Below are positions 18,877-26,587 of a stretch of 64,000 bases of DNA, piece after piece. How positions within the stretch are numbered: the stretch's first letter is position 1; each line of letters opens with the position of its first letter. Below the pieces are notes generated by a model. That model ran no database searches. It was not told where the DNA came from and saw only the letters and a list, made by a program, of their open reading frames with translations. The stretch is from an uncultured Chloroflexia bacterium (GTDB lineage: Bacteria > Chloroflexota > Limnocylindria > Limnocylindrales > CSP1-4). Both the position numbers and the translations under genes were made by a program. The DNA lies in the NCBI GenBank assembly GCA_963713975.1, contig OY970218.1, positions 2,976,001 through 3,040,000 on the forward strand. Reading direction: 5' to 3'.

Positions 18877-19704
18877 TCAAGGGATGCCTCGCTGGCGCCG
18901 GGCCTCGTACAGGAGGATCGCTGCGGTGACCGACACGTTGAGGCTGTCTGCGACGCCCAACATCGGCAGGTTGACGGCCGTCACGTCGTCGCCGCTCCAG
19001 GCCTCACCCAGTCCCTCGGCCTCGCTGCCGAGCACCAGCGCAACTGGCCCGCGAAGATCGACCTCCGTGTAGGGAACGGCGCCATCCACGCGCGCCACCA
19101 CGATCCGCAGGCCGGCCGCCACCAGGTGATCGCGCACCACGGAGCTCGCTCCCGCCGCCATCGGGACGGCGAACACCGTCCCGAGCGACGCCCGCACGGC
19201 GTTCGGATTGAACAGGTCGGTCCGGGGATCGGCCGCGACCACGGCGTCTGCGCCGGCCCCATCGGCGCTGCGCAGGACCGCACCGAGGTTGCCGGGCTTC
19301 TCGACGCCCTCGATGACCACCACGAGCGCGTTGGCAGGGAGGCTGAGTCCAGAGAGTTCGAGCGAAGGGGTGCGGACGACGCCGACGAGCCCGTCATTCC
19401 GCTCCCCGTACGCCAGGCGGTCGAGCACCGGTCCCGACACCGGCACGATCGCGGCTCCTTGCTGCCGAGCCACCTCGACGGCATCCCCACCCTCGTCGTC
19501 CAGTCGGCCAGCATCGACGAACACCTCGATCACCGCGGCCCCACCGCCGAGCGCCCGCAGCAGCTCCCGGGCGCCATCGACCAGCGTCAGCCGTGTCTCG
19601 TCACGAGCGCCCCGTGAGCGCAGGGAGGCCGCTGCCCGGACACGCGGGTTCTTGCCACTGGTGATGACGGACCACGCTCCGGCCGAGTCCGATGCACGCT
19701 CCAC
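18877..19704 (-). CDS. TrmH/SpoU family RNA methyltransferase
   Basis: EKPGNLGAVLRSAD, LGSEAEGL, SLNVSVTAAILLYE. Confidence 0.92.
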   Translation of the reverse strand: MERASDSAGAWSVITSGKNPRVRAAASLRSRGARDETRLTLVDGARELLRALGGGAAVIEVFVDAGRLDDEGGDAVEVARQQGAAIVPVSGPVLDRLAYGERNDGLVGVVRTPSLELSGLSLPANALVVVIEGVEKPGNLGAVLRSADGAGADAVVAADPRTDLFNPNAVRASLGTVFAVPMAAGASSVVRDHLVAAGLRIVVARVDGAVPYTEVDLRGPVALVLGSEAEGLGEAWSGDDVTAVNLPMLGVADSLNVSVTAAILLYEARRQRGIP

Positions 19705-19707
19705 GGG

Positions 19708-20529
19708 TCAGCGGGCCGGGCTGTGGGCCCAGGCTCCCAGCGGGAGCCGGGAGCCGGCCCGGCTGTTGAGTACGAGCGCCTCGCCGGTCGCCGCTACCCC
19801 GAAGTGCTCACGTGCCAGGGCGCCAAGACGCTCGGCGTCGTACCCGGGCGTATGGGCGCTGAGCAGGACGAACGCCGGCCGCGGGCCGACGAGCGCTGCC
19901 AGGTCTGCGAGGAGATCCTCGAGATGCTCCTCGATCTGCCAGGTCCCGGCGCCGTGGCCATAGCTGGGCGGATCGAGCACGACGCCGTCGTAGCGCCGAC
20001 CGCGCCGCCGCTCACGCCGCACGAAGGTCCGTGCATCCTCGACGAGCCACCGGATGGGCAGGTCCGCGAGCCCGGAGAGCCCGGCATTCCGGCGAGCCCA
20101 GCCCACGGCGGGACGTGAGGCGTCAACGTGCACGACATTGGCCCCAGCGCGCGCGCAGGCCAGCGTGGCCCCACCCGTGTAGCCGAACAGGGAGAGCACC
20201 TCAGGTGGGCGCTCCAGGTACCCGCAGGCGGCGCGGACCACCCGGTCCAGCCACGTCCACGTGGCTGCGTGCTCGGGGAAAACGCCTAGTTGGCCGCCCG
20301 CGGCGGGCCGGCACTCGAGAGTGAGGCCCGCGGCCTGCACCGGCCACGGCTCGAGGGCTTCAGGGCCGATCCACGCTCCCTTGCCCCAGCGCAGGTTCGC
20401 GCGCTTCCACTCGGCCGGTGGAAGGCGGGCGAGCCAGTCCGCTGCCGGCGCCGGCCGGTCCACGATCACCGGCCCAAACCGCTCCAGGCGGCGACCACCG
20501 CCACAATCGAGGAGCTCGAGGTCCGCCAT
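19708..20529 (-). CDS. Class I SAM-dependent methyltransferase (RlmI/RlmK-like)
   Basis: ELLDCGGGRRLERFG, GVFPEH, LSLFGYTGG, LDPPSYG. Confidence 0.85.
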   Translation of the reverse strand: MADLELLDCGGGRRLERFGPVIVDRPAPAADWLARLPPAEWKRANLRWGKGAWIGPEALEPWPVQAAGLTLECRPAAGGQLGVFPEHAATWTWLDRVVRAACGYLERPPEVLSLFGYTGGATLACARAGANVVHVDASRPAVGWARRNAGLSGLADLPIRWLVEDARTFVRRERRRGRRYDGVVLDPPSYGHGAGTWQIEEHLEDLLADLAALVGPRPAFVLLSAHTPGYDAERLGALAREHFGVAATGEALVLNSRAGSRLPLGAWAHSPAR

Positions 20530-20660
20530 GACCCCATGGTCGCACGGACCGACCGCCGTCGCGGACGCCGTTGGTGTGCGGGAGCACCACTCCGGGGGAG
20601 GAGGGGCTTCCAACCAGAAACGCAGATCGACTATCCTGCGGACTCGGTGGTGGAGACGTC

Positions 20661-21704
20661 ATGAGCCCAGAGATGATCCTCCTGGTGGTCGTAGGCCTGC
20701 TGGCAGGCCTTGTTGTCGTATGGGTGCTGATCCGGACGGCGTTCGGCCAGGCGGGACGTGGCGACGAGGCAGGTGCCGAACCCCCCGCCACCGCCCGAGA
20801 CACCGCGGAGGGGTCACGATCAGGCGGGGGCCAGCTCAGCGAGTATCTCGGTGGGCAGGGATACTGGCTGTGCGACGACTGCCACTCGGTCAATCGCCCG
20901 GCGGCAAAGCGCTGCTACAGCTGCGATCGGAAGCGTGAGGCGGCGCAACCCGCTCGATCCTCGCCAGCGCCGGCCGCGGCGATGGTTCCCGTGATGGCCC
21001 CACGCCCCGGCGCCAGTGCGCAACCACGCCCCGGCGCCAGTGTGCAGGCACGCCCGGTGAAGGCGTCGCCGATACCGGAACCCCAGGTGGTGCAGGAGCC
21101 CAAACCGGCGCCGATTCCCGTCGAGACTCGGCCTGTGCAGGAGCCCAAACCGGCGCCGATTCCCGTCGAGACTCGGCCTGTGCAGGAGCCCAAACCGGCG
21201 CCGATTCCCGTCGAGACTCGGCCCGTGCAGGAGCCCAAACCGGCGGCGATCCCCGTCGAAGCCGCCGCGCTCCCGGTCTGTCCGTTCGTGCGCCTCGAGC
21301 ACGACCCCGCCACGTATTTCTCGTTCCCGGCTCCCGGTAACGCATGCCATGCCCGTGGGGGCACTGGGATCGCAACGTCGCGCCGCGGTCGCGGCTGGCT
21401 CCCGGCCCGGCTCTCGCGCCGAGGGCCGCACAAGCTGGACCTCGCCAAGCAGGGAGCCGTCTGCCTCACCCGGTCCTACGTCCGATGCGCCACCTACGCG
21501 GCAGCATCGCACGGCCCGTCCCCGTCGCCCGCAGCGACGCACGGGCTCGAACGGAGTCCGGAGCCCGTTGTCGACGCTCCCGCGGAGCTGGTTCCAGTGA
21601 TGGCGGCCGAGGTCAGGACGGGCGTGGGCTCCACGTCACGCCCCGGCGGCGACCGCAGCACGTCAGGTGCCGCCCGCAGCCAGGATCCGACGGCGCAAGC
21701 CTGA
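20661..21704 (+). CDS. Membrane-anchored protein with RanBP2-type zinc finger, Pro-rich repeats and C-terminal Cys4 domain
   Basis: N-terminal TM; WLCDDCHSVNRPAAKRCYSC; VQEPKPAPIPVETRP repeats; CPF..C..C..C domain; SD GGAG. Confidence 0.7.
   Translation: MSPEMILLVVVGLLAGLVVVWVLIRTAFGQAGRGDEAGAEPPATARDTAEGSRSGGGQLSEYLGGQGYWLCDDCHSVNRPAAKRCYSCDRKREAAQPARSSPAPAAAMVPVMAPRPGASAQPRPGASVQARPVKASPIPEPQVVQEPKPAPIPVETRPVQEPKPAPIPVETRPVQEPKPAPIPVETRPVQEPKPAAIPVEAAALPVCPFVRLEHDPATYFSFPAPGNACHARGGTGIATSRRGRGWLPARLSRRGPHKLDLAKQGAVCLTRSYVRCATYAAASHGPSPSPAATHGLERSPEPVVDAPAELVPVMAAEVRTGVGSTSRPGGDRSTSGAARSQDPTAQA
21000..21047 (+). repeat. 2 x 24-bp tandem repeat (PRPGASAQ/PRPGASVQ)
   Basis: CCACGCCCCGGCGCCAGTG(C/T)GCA(A/G) twice. 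Confidence 0.85.
21090..21260 (+). repeat. Coding tandem repeat, 45-bp unit, 3 full copies plus one 36-bp copy
   Basis: GTGCAGGAGCCCAAACCGGCGCCGATTCCCGTCGAGACTCGGCC(T/C) at 21090, 21135, 21180; partial copy at 21225. Confidence 0.97.
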
Positions 21705-21748
21705 TCCGGCGGGCCCGAACACGCGGACTCACCCGGCGACGTCCCCGT

Positions 21749-21778
21749 TGGACACGGCATTCGTGTCACCCGTACACT
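21749..21778 (+). promoter_or_regulatory. Sigma70-type promoter for tRNA-Val
   Basis: TGGACA-18 nt-TACACT followed by a GC-rich discriminator; the inverted repeat GACACG-N5-CGTGTC overlaps it. Confidence 0.55.
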
Positions 21779-21821
21779 CACCGCCGCGAGGCCACCGTTC
21801 CGGAGGCCGCGCACGCAACAC

Positions 21822-21898
21822 GGGCGATTGGCGCAGTTGGTTAGCGCGCATGCTTGACATGCATGAGGTCACTGGTTCGAGTCCAGTATCGCCCACCA
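21822..21898 (+). tRNA. tRNA-Val(GAC)
   Basis: Acceptor stem GGGCGAT/ATCGCCC, anticodon arm CATGC-TTGACAT-GCATG, T loop GTTCGAG, encoded CCA. Confidence 0.97.
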
Positions 21899-21925
21899 TT
21901 CCCCGGCCCTCGGGCCGCTGCACAT

Positions 21926-22160
21926 TGAGCGTCGAGCGGGACGCACCTCACCGGGACGTCGCCAGAGAGCAGGGCCATCGGCTGCAAGCCCCGCAGACCC
22001 GACCGGTGATGGAACCACCCGCGAGCGGCCGGCGAACCGGCCCGGGATCCGCCCGTTAGCGCGGCACGAGAGCGCACCCCTGGCCCCGGCCGGCGGGGCG
22101 AAGGCGGGTGGAACCGCGGGAGGTCGAACCTCTCGTCCTGTCGGACGAGAGGTTCTGTGA
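21926..22160 (+). promoter_or_regulatory. T-box riboswitch, Thr specifier (ACC)
   Basis: AGAGA and GCTG boxes in stem I, specifier ACC at 22014-22016, CCGTTA, T-box AAGGCGGGTGGAACCGCG at 22101, terminator hairpin 22126-22155; lies upstream of thrS. Confidence 0.92.
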
Positions 22161-22178
22161 TTCTCAGGAGCTGGTGAC

Positions 22179-24047
22179 ATGGCCGAAGACAAGCAGCCGC
22201 AGCGGGACGGGCAGCCGCAGCAGGACGATCCGGAGGAGGAGCTGTCGTTCGAGGCACCCGAGCGCGGGTCCGCGGACGAGCTCCTCGACGCCGGAGCCCA
22301 CGCCCCCATCGACGCGATGCGCCACAGCACGGCGCACGTCATGGCGGAGGCGGTCCTGGACCTGTTCCCGGGCGCGAGCCTCGGCATCGGCCCCGCGATC
22401 GACAACGGCTTCTACTACGACTTCGACCTGCCCCGGTCCTTGACACCCGACGACCTGGAGGCCATCGAGACCCGCATGACGGCCTCCGTCGCCGCCGACC
22501 ATGCCTTCGTCCGCCGCGAGGTCGGGTTCGACGAGGGTCGCGCGATCGAGGAAGCCGACGGCCAGGCCTTCAAGGTCGAGATCCTCGACGACCTCGCGGC
22601 CAAGGCGACCGAGACCGGCGATCCGATGCCGCCCGTCACGTTCTACGAGCACGGGCCCTTCCGGGACCTGTGCAAGGGGCCCCACGTCGAGTCCACCGGC
22701 CACATCGGCCCGTTCAAGCTGCTGGCCGTCGCCGGCGCGTACTGGAGAGGGGACGAGAAGCGCCCGATGCTCCAGCGGATCTACGGCACGGTGTGGGAGA
22801 CGCAGGAGGACCTCGACCGCTACCTGTGGCGGCGCGAGGAGGCGAAGAAGCGCGACCACCGCAAGCTCGGCGTCCAACTGGACCTGTTCAGCTTCCACGA
22901 CGTGAGCCCGGGGGCCGCCTTCTGGCACCCCAAGGGCCAGCGGATCTGGCGGACGCTCGAGGGCGCCATCCGCGAGACCCAGGACCGGCGGGGCTATGAC
23001 GAGGTCTCGACGCCGATGGTGGTGAGCCAGCGGCTGTGGGAGGCCTCGGGCCACTGGGCGCTGTACAAGGAGAACATGTTCGTCGTGGAGAGCGAGGGCC
23101 AGACCTACTCGCTCAAGCCGATGAACTGCCCGGAGTCCACGATCATCTACCGGAGCCATCTCCGCTCCTACCGGGACCTGCCGCTGCGCCTGAGCGAGTT
23201 CGGCCGGCTGCACCGCAACGAGCGCTCGGGGACGCTGTCGGGCCTGACGCGCGTCCGCCAGTTCATCCAGGACGACGGCCACATCTACTGCCGCCCGGAC
23301 CAGCTGGGTGACGAGATCGCCGCGCTGATGGGCGAGGTGGAGGAGGTCTACGGCTGGTTCGGCCTCAAGCCGGAGATCAAGTTCGGCACCAAGCCCGCCA
23401 AGGCGCTCGGTGACCCGGCGCTGTGGGAGCAGGCCGAAGCGCTGATCCGCGAGGCCCTGGATCGCTCCGGCGTGCCCTGGTCGCTCAAGCCGGGCGACGG
23501 CGCCTTCTACGCCCCCAAGATCGACATCCACATCGAGGACGCGCTTGGCCGATCCTGGCAGACGGCCACCATCCAGGTCGACCTGACGATGCTCCCGGAA
23601 CGGTTCGATCTCACCTACATCGACGAGGACGGGCAGCCGAAGCGCCCGATGGCCATCCATCGCGCGATCTACGGCTCGCTGGAGCGGTTCATCGGGATCC
23701 TGGTGGAGCACTTTGCCGGGGCATTCCCACTGTGGATGGCACCCGTGCAGGCGGTCGTGATCCCGATCGCCGACCGCCACATCGAGCCCGCCCGCGACCT
23801 GGCGGCGGAGCTGAAGGCCGCCGGCGTCCGCTTCGTGGAGGTGGATGACTCGAACAATCGGATGAACAACAAGATCCGGCTGGCGCAGGGTCAGAAGGTC
23901 CCCTACATGCTCATCCTTGGCGACCGTGAGGTCGAGTCCCGGACCGCGTCCGTGCGCAAGCGCGACGGCTCGCAGGAGCAGGGCGTCGCCTGGTCCGACC
24001 TCAGCTGGCGCTTGGGCGAGGAGGTGCGCGAGCGCCGCCTGGGGTAG
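22179..24047 (+). CDS. thrS: Threonine--tRNA ligase (no TGS domain)
   Basis: RHSTAH, DLCKGPH, RDHRKLG, KPMNCP, GLTRVR, HRAIYGSLERF. Confidence 0.97.
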   Translation: MAEDKQPQRDGQPQQDDPEEELSFEAPERGSADELLDAGAHAPIDAMRHSTAHVMAEAVLDLFPGASLGIGPAIDNGFYYDFDLPRSLTPDDLEAIETRMTASVAADHAFVRREVGFDEGRAIEEADGQAFKVEILDDLAAKATETGDPMPPVTFYEHGPFRDLCKGPHVESTGHIGPFKLLAVAGAYWRGDEKRPMLQRIYGTVWETQEDLDRYLWRREEAKKRDHRKLGVQLDLFSFHDVSPGAAFWHPKGQRIWRTLEGAIRETQDRRGYDEVSTPMVVSQRLWEASGHWALYKENMFVVESEGQTYSLKPMNCPESTIIYRSHLRSYRDLPLRLSEFGRLHRNERSGTLSGLTRVRQFIQDDGHIYCRPDQLGDEIAALMGEVEEVYGWFGLKPEIKFGTKPAKALGDPALWEQAEALIREALDRSGVPWSLKPGDGAFYAPKIDIHIEDALGRSWQTATIQVDLTMLPERFDLTYIDEDGQPKRPMAIHRAIYGSLERFIGILVEHFAGAFPLWMAPVQAVVIPIADRHIEPARDLAAELKAAGVRFVEVDDSNNRMNNKIRLAQGQKVPYMLILGDREVESRTASVRKRDGSQEQGVAWSDLSWRLGEEVRERRLG

Positions 24048-24227
24048 CCCGGGAGCTCCCTGTCTGGGGCCCGCGACGGAGGGCGCGGGCTGCGGGCCGG
24101 AGCGTGGTCGGCGGCGGTCGGCTCGTTGCGGCTCGTCGAAGCGCTGTGCTATCCTCCCGCGGCGACCGCACAGGCCGAATGTCGGTGCGCGCCGCACGAA
24201 TCAGCTTCCAACAAAGGGAACCACGAC

Positions 24228-24878
24228 ATCAGCCGAGACCTGCGCATCAACCAGATGATCCGTGTCCCCCAGGTCCGGGTCCTCGACGAAGATGGCTCAC
24301 AGCTGGGCGTCATGCCCACGCAACAGGCCCTGGCGATGGCGCAGGAGCGTGGGCTCGACCTCGTCGAGGTCGCGCCCACGGCAGCACCCCCGGTCGTCAA
24401 GTTTCTCGACTACGGTCAGTACAAGTACGAGCTGACCAAGCGCGAGAAGGAGGCGAAGCGGAAGCAGCGCGCGGTGGAGTTCAAGGAGGTCCGCCTCTCG
24501 CCGAAGATCGGCATCGGCGACTTCGAGACGAAGGTCCACCGGGCGATCGAATTCCTGGAGGACGGTGACCGGCTCAAGGTGACCGTCCGCTTCCGCGGCC
24601 GGGAGCTCACGCACCCGGAGATCGGCCGGAGCCTGCTCGCCAAGTTTGGCGATGAGGTGAAGGAGCACGGGACCGTGGACCGGATGCCGATGCTTGAAGG
24701 CAAGTCGATGTTCATGACGCTCGCCTCGGTCCACAAGCCGCGGGTCCACGAGCACAAGATCACGGGGTCGAAGACCGAAGGGGCCGATCAGCCCGCACAG
24801 GTCCCGACGGAACCGGTCACGACCGAACCGACGCCCTCCGCCTCCCCGGCGGCCGAGGCGGCGCCAGCAGGAGAGTGA
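24228..24878 (+). CDS. infC: Translation initiation factor IF-3, probable ATC start
   Basis: RINQMIR, GLDLVEVAP, DYGQYKYE, VRFRGRE. SD AAAGGGA precedes the ATC at 24228. Confidence 0.95.
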   Translation: MSRDLRINQMIRVPQVRVLDEDGSQLGVMPTQQALAMAQERGLDLVEVAPTAAPPVVKFLDYGQYKYELTKREKEAKRKQRAVEFKEVRLSPKIGIGDFETKVHRAIEFLEDGDRLKVTVRFRGRELTHPEIGRSLLAKFGDEVKEHGTVDRMPMLEGKSMFMTLASVHKPRVHEHKITGSKTEGADQPAQVPTEPVTTEPTPSASPAAEAAPAGE

Positions 24879-24885
24879 GGCCCGC

Positions 24886-25083
24886 GTGCCCAAGATGAAG
24901 ACCCACAAGGGGACCCAGAAGCGAGTCGGGGTCACCGGGAGCGGGAAGTTCTACCGTGTGAAGTCCTGGCGTGGACATCACCTCGAGCTCAAGTCGTCAC
25001 GCCGCACGCGCCGCTACGCGGGCAAGGCGATCGTCGGTCCTGAGCACCAGGAACAGCTTCGCCGGCTGCTCCCGAACCTCTAG
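24886..25083 (+). CDS. rpmI: 50S ribosomal protein L35
   Basis: MPKMKTHKG..KR..VTGSGK; lies between infC and rplT. Confidence 0.95.
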   Translation: MPKMKTHKGTQKRVGVTGSGKFYRVKSWRGHHLELKSSRRTRRYAGKAIVGPEHQEQLRRLLPNL

Positions 25084-25092
25084 GAGCGATCG

Positions 25093-25443
25093 ATGGCACG
25101 CGTCAAGCGGGGCGTCACGTCCCACAAGCGCCACAAGCGCCTGCTCAATGCCTCCGAGGGCCGTACCGGCACGAACCGCAAGCTCGTCAAGCGGGCCCGC
25201 GAGGCCCAGCTGCACGCTCTTGCCTATGCGACCCGGGATCGCAAGCAGCGCAAGCGCGACATGCGCGAGCTGTGGATCATCCGGATCAACGCCGCCGCTC
25301 GCCTCAACGGCATCACCTACGGCAACCTGATCGCGGGCCTCAAGAAGGCGGACGTGAAGCTGGATCGCAAGATCCTCGCCGACCTCGCCGTCCGCGACGC
25401 CGCGACCTTCGGCCGGATCGCCGAGGTCGCCCGCGGCGCCTGA
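25093..25443 (+). CDS. rplT: 50S ribosomal protein L20
   Basis: [40 protein letters not shown]. Confidence 0.97.
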   Translation: MARVKRGVTSHKRHKRLLNASEGRTGTNRKLVKRAREAQLHALAYATRDRKQRKRDMRELWIIRINAAARLNGITYGNLIAGLKKADVKLDRKILADLAVRDAATFGRIAEVARGA

Positions 25444-25463
25444 CCAGCGCGGTCACGCAACCC

Positions 25464-25502
25464 GGACCCTCGACGTCAGCGACGATCGGGGGTTCGTGAT
25501 TC
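25464..25502 (+). terminator. Hairpin after rplT
   Basis: GGACCCTCGACGTC-agc-GACGATCGGGGGTTC followed by GTGATTC. Confidence 0.45.
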
Positions 25503-25546
25503 GAGGGCCACGGGGCCCGCAAGCAGGATCGGACCGGCACCAGCCC

Positions 25547-26587
25547 ATGGATCTCGCCCAGTTGACCTCGGACCTCGAAGCGCTCCGTGGCCGCGCCGTG
25601 AGTGCCGCCGGCAGTGCCCCCGACACCGCGGCACTGGATGCCCTCGAGATCGGCGTGCTGGGCAAGAAGGGCGACCTCACAGCGATCCTGCGCGGCATCG
25701 GTGGACTCCCTGCGGAGGATCGGCCCACGGTCGGTGCCGTTGCCAACGACGTCCGGTCGGCGGTGGAGGCGGCCCTGGCCGAGGCCCGCGACCGTCTCGG
25801 CTCTGCAGAGTTGACGGCCCGCCTGGCCGCCGAGACGCTGGACGTCACCACGCCCGGTCGGACGATCCGGCGTGGCAGCCTGCACCCCATCATGGAAACG
25901 GCGCGCGAGATCGCTGACGTCTTCGCCCAGTTCGGCTTCGTGGTCTACGAGGGACCCGAGATCGAGGACGACGAGACGAACTTCCGGATGCTCAACATCC
26001 CGCCCGACCACCCGGCGCGAGACCTGTGGGACACGCTGTACCTGGACCTCGACGGACAACTGCTGCGCACTCACACCAGTCCCGGGCAGATCCGGGTCAT
26101 GCACCAGGAGCGGCCGCCGATCCGGGCGCTCCTGCCGGGCCGCTGCTTCCGCTACGAGGCCGTCGATGCCAGCCACGCGTCCGAGTTCTTTCAGGTGGAG
26201 GGACTGATGGTCGACGAGGGCACGTCCATGGCCGACCTCAAGGGCCTGTTGGACCAGTTCGCCCACGCGCTGTTCGGCTCGGACCGTCCCACCCGCTTCC
26301 GCCCCGGCTACTACCCGTTCACGGAGCCGTCGGTCGCGTTCGACATCCTGTGCGTCATCTGCAACGGCGAGAAGTGCCCGGCATGCTCGCGCACCGGCTG
26401 GATGACCATCCTGGGGGCAGGCATGGTCCACCCGGTGACGCTCCGCTACGGGGGGATCGACCCGGAGCGGTACCAGGGCTTCGCCTTTGGCATGGGCGTG
26501 GAACGCATCGCCAACCTGCGCCACGCCGTCGCCGACCTCCGCCTCTACATGGAGGACGACCTGCGCTTCCTGGGAGCCTTCCGATGA
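25547..26587 (+). CDS. pheS: Phenylalanine--tRNA ligase alpha subunit
   Basis: HPARDLWDT, LRTHTSPGQ, FQVEG, YPFTEPS, GFAFGMGVER. Confidence 0.97.
   Translation: MDLAQLTSDLEALRGRAVSAAGSAPDTAALDALEIGVLGKKGDLTAILRGIGGLPAEDRPTVGAVANDVRSAVEAALAEARDRLGSAELTARLAAETLDVTTPGRTIRRGSLHPIMETAREIADVFAQFGFVVYEGPEIEDDETNFRMLNIPPDHPARDLWDTLYLDLDGQLLRTHTSPGQIRVMHQERPPIRALLPGRCFRYEAVDASHASEFFQVEGLMVDEGTSMADLKGLLDQFAHALFGSDRPTRFRPGYYPFTEPSVAFDILCVICNGEKCPACSRTGWMTILGAGMVHPVTLRYGGIDPERYQGFAFGMGVERIANLRHAVADLRLYMEDDLRFLGAFR

Noticed and set aside
21090-21260. Tandem 45-bp repeats as a CRISPR array
   Set aside because: The units are contiguous with no unique spacers, are in frame within a CDS, and no cas genes are present.
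21822-21898. tRNA as an integration site for an island
   Set aside because: No integrase, no duplicated tRNA 3' end seen, and thrS follows directly.
22164-24197. Long antisense or alternate-frame ORFs (also 59511-61757, 35473-37452, 26545-28218 and many others)
   Set aside because: These are shadow ORFs expected at very high GC opposite well-supported genes; they are Arg/Pro/Gly-rich and have no motifs.
25444-25546. T-box upstream of pheS
   Set aside because: Only ~100 nt, with no GGTGGNACC T-box sequence or stem I motifs. The same applies upstream of tyrS (35591-35685).
26026-26583. N-terminal extension making PheT 1019 aa
   Set aside because: It overlaps pheS in another frame; the real start MRVPLSWL is at 26584.
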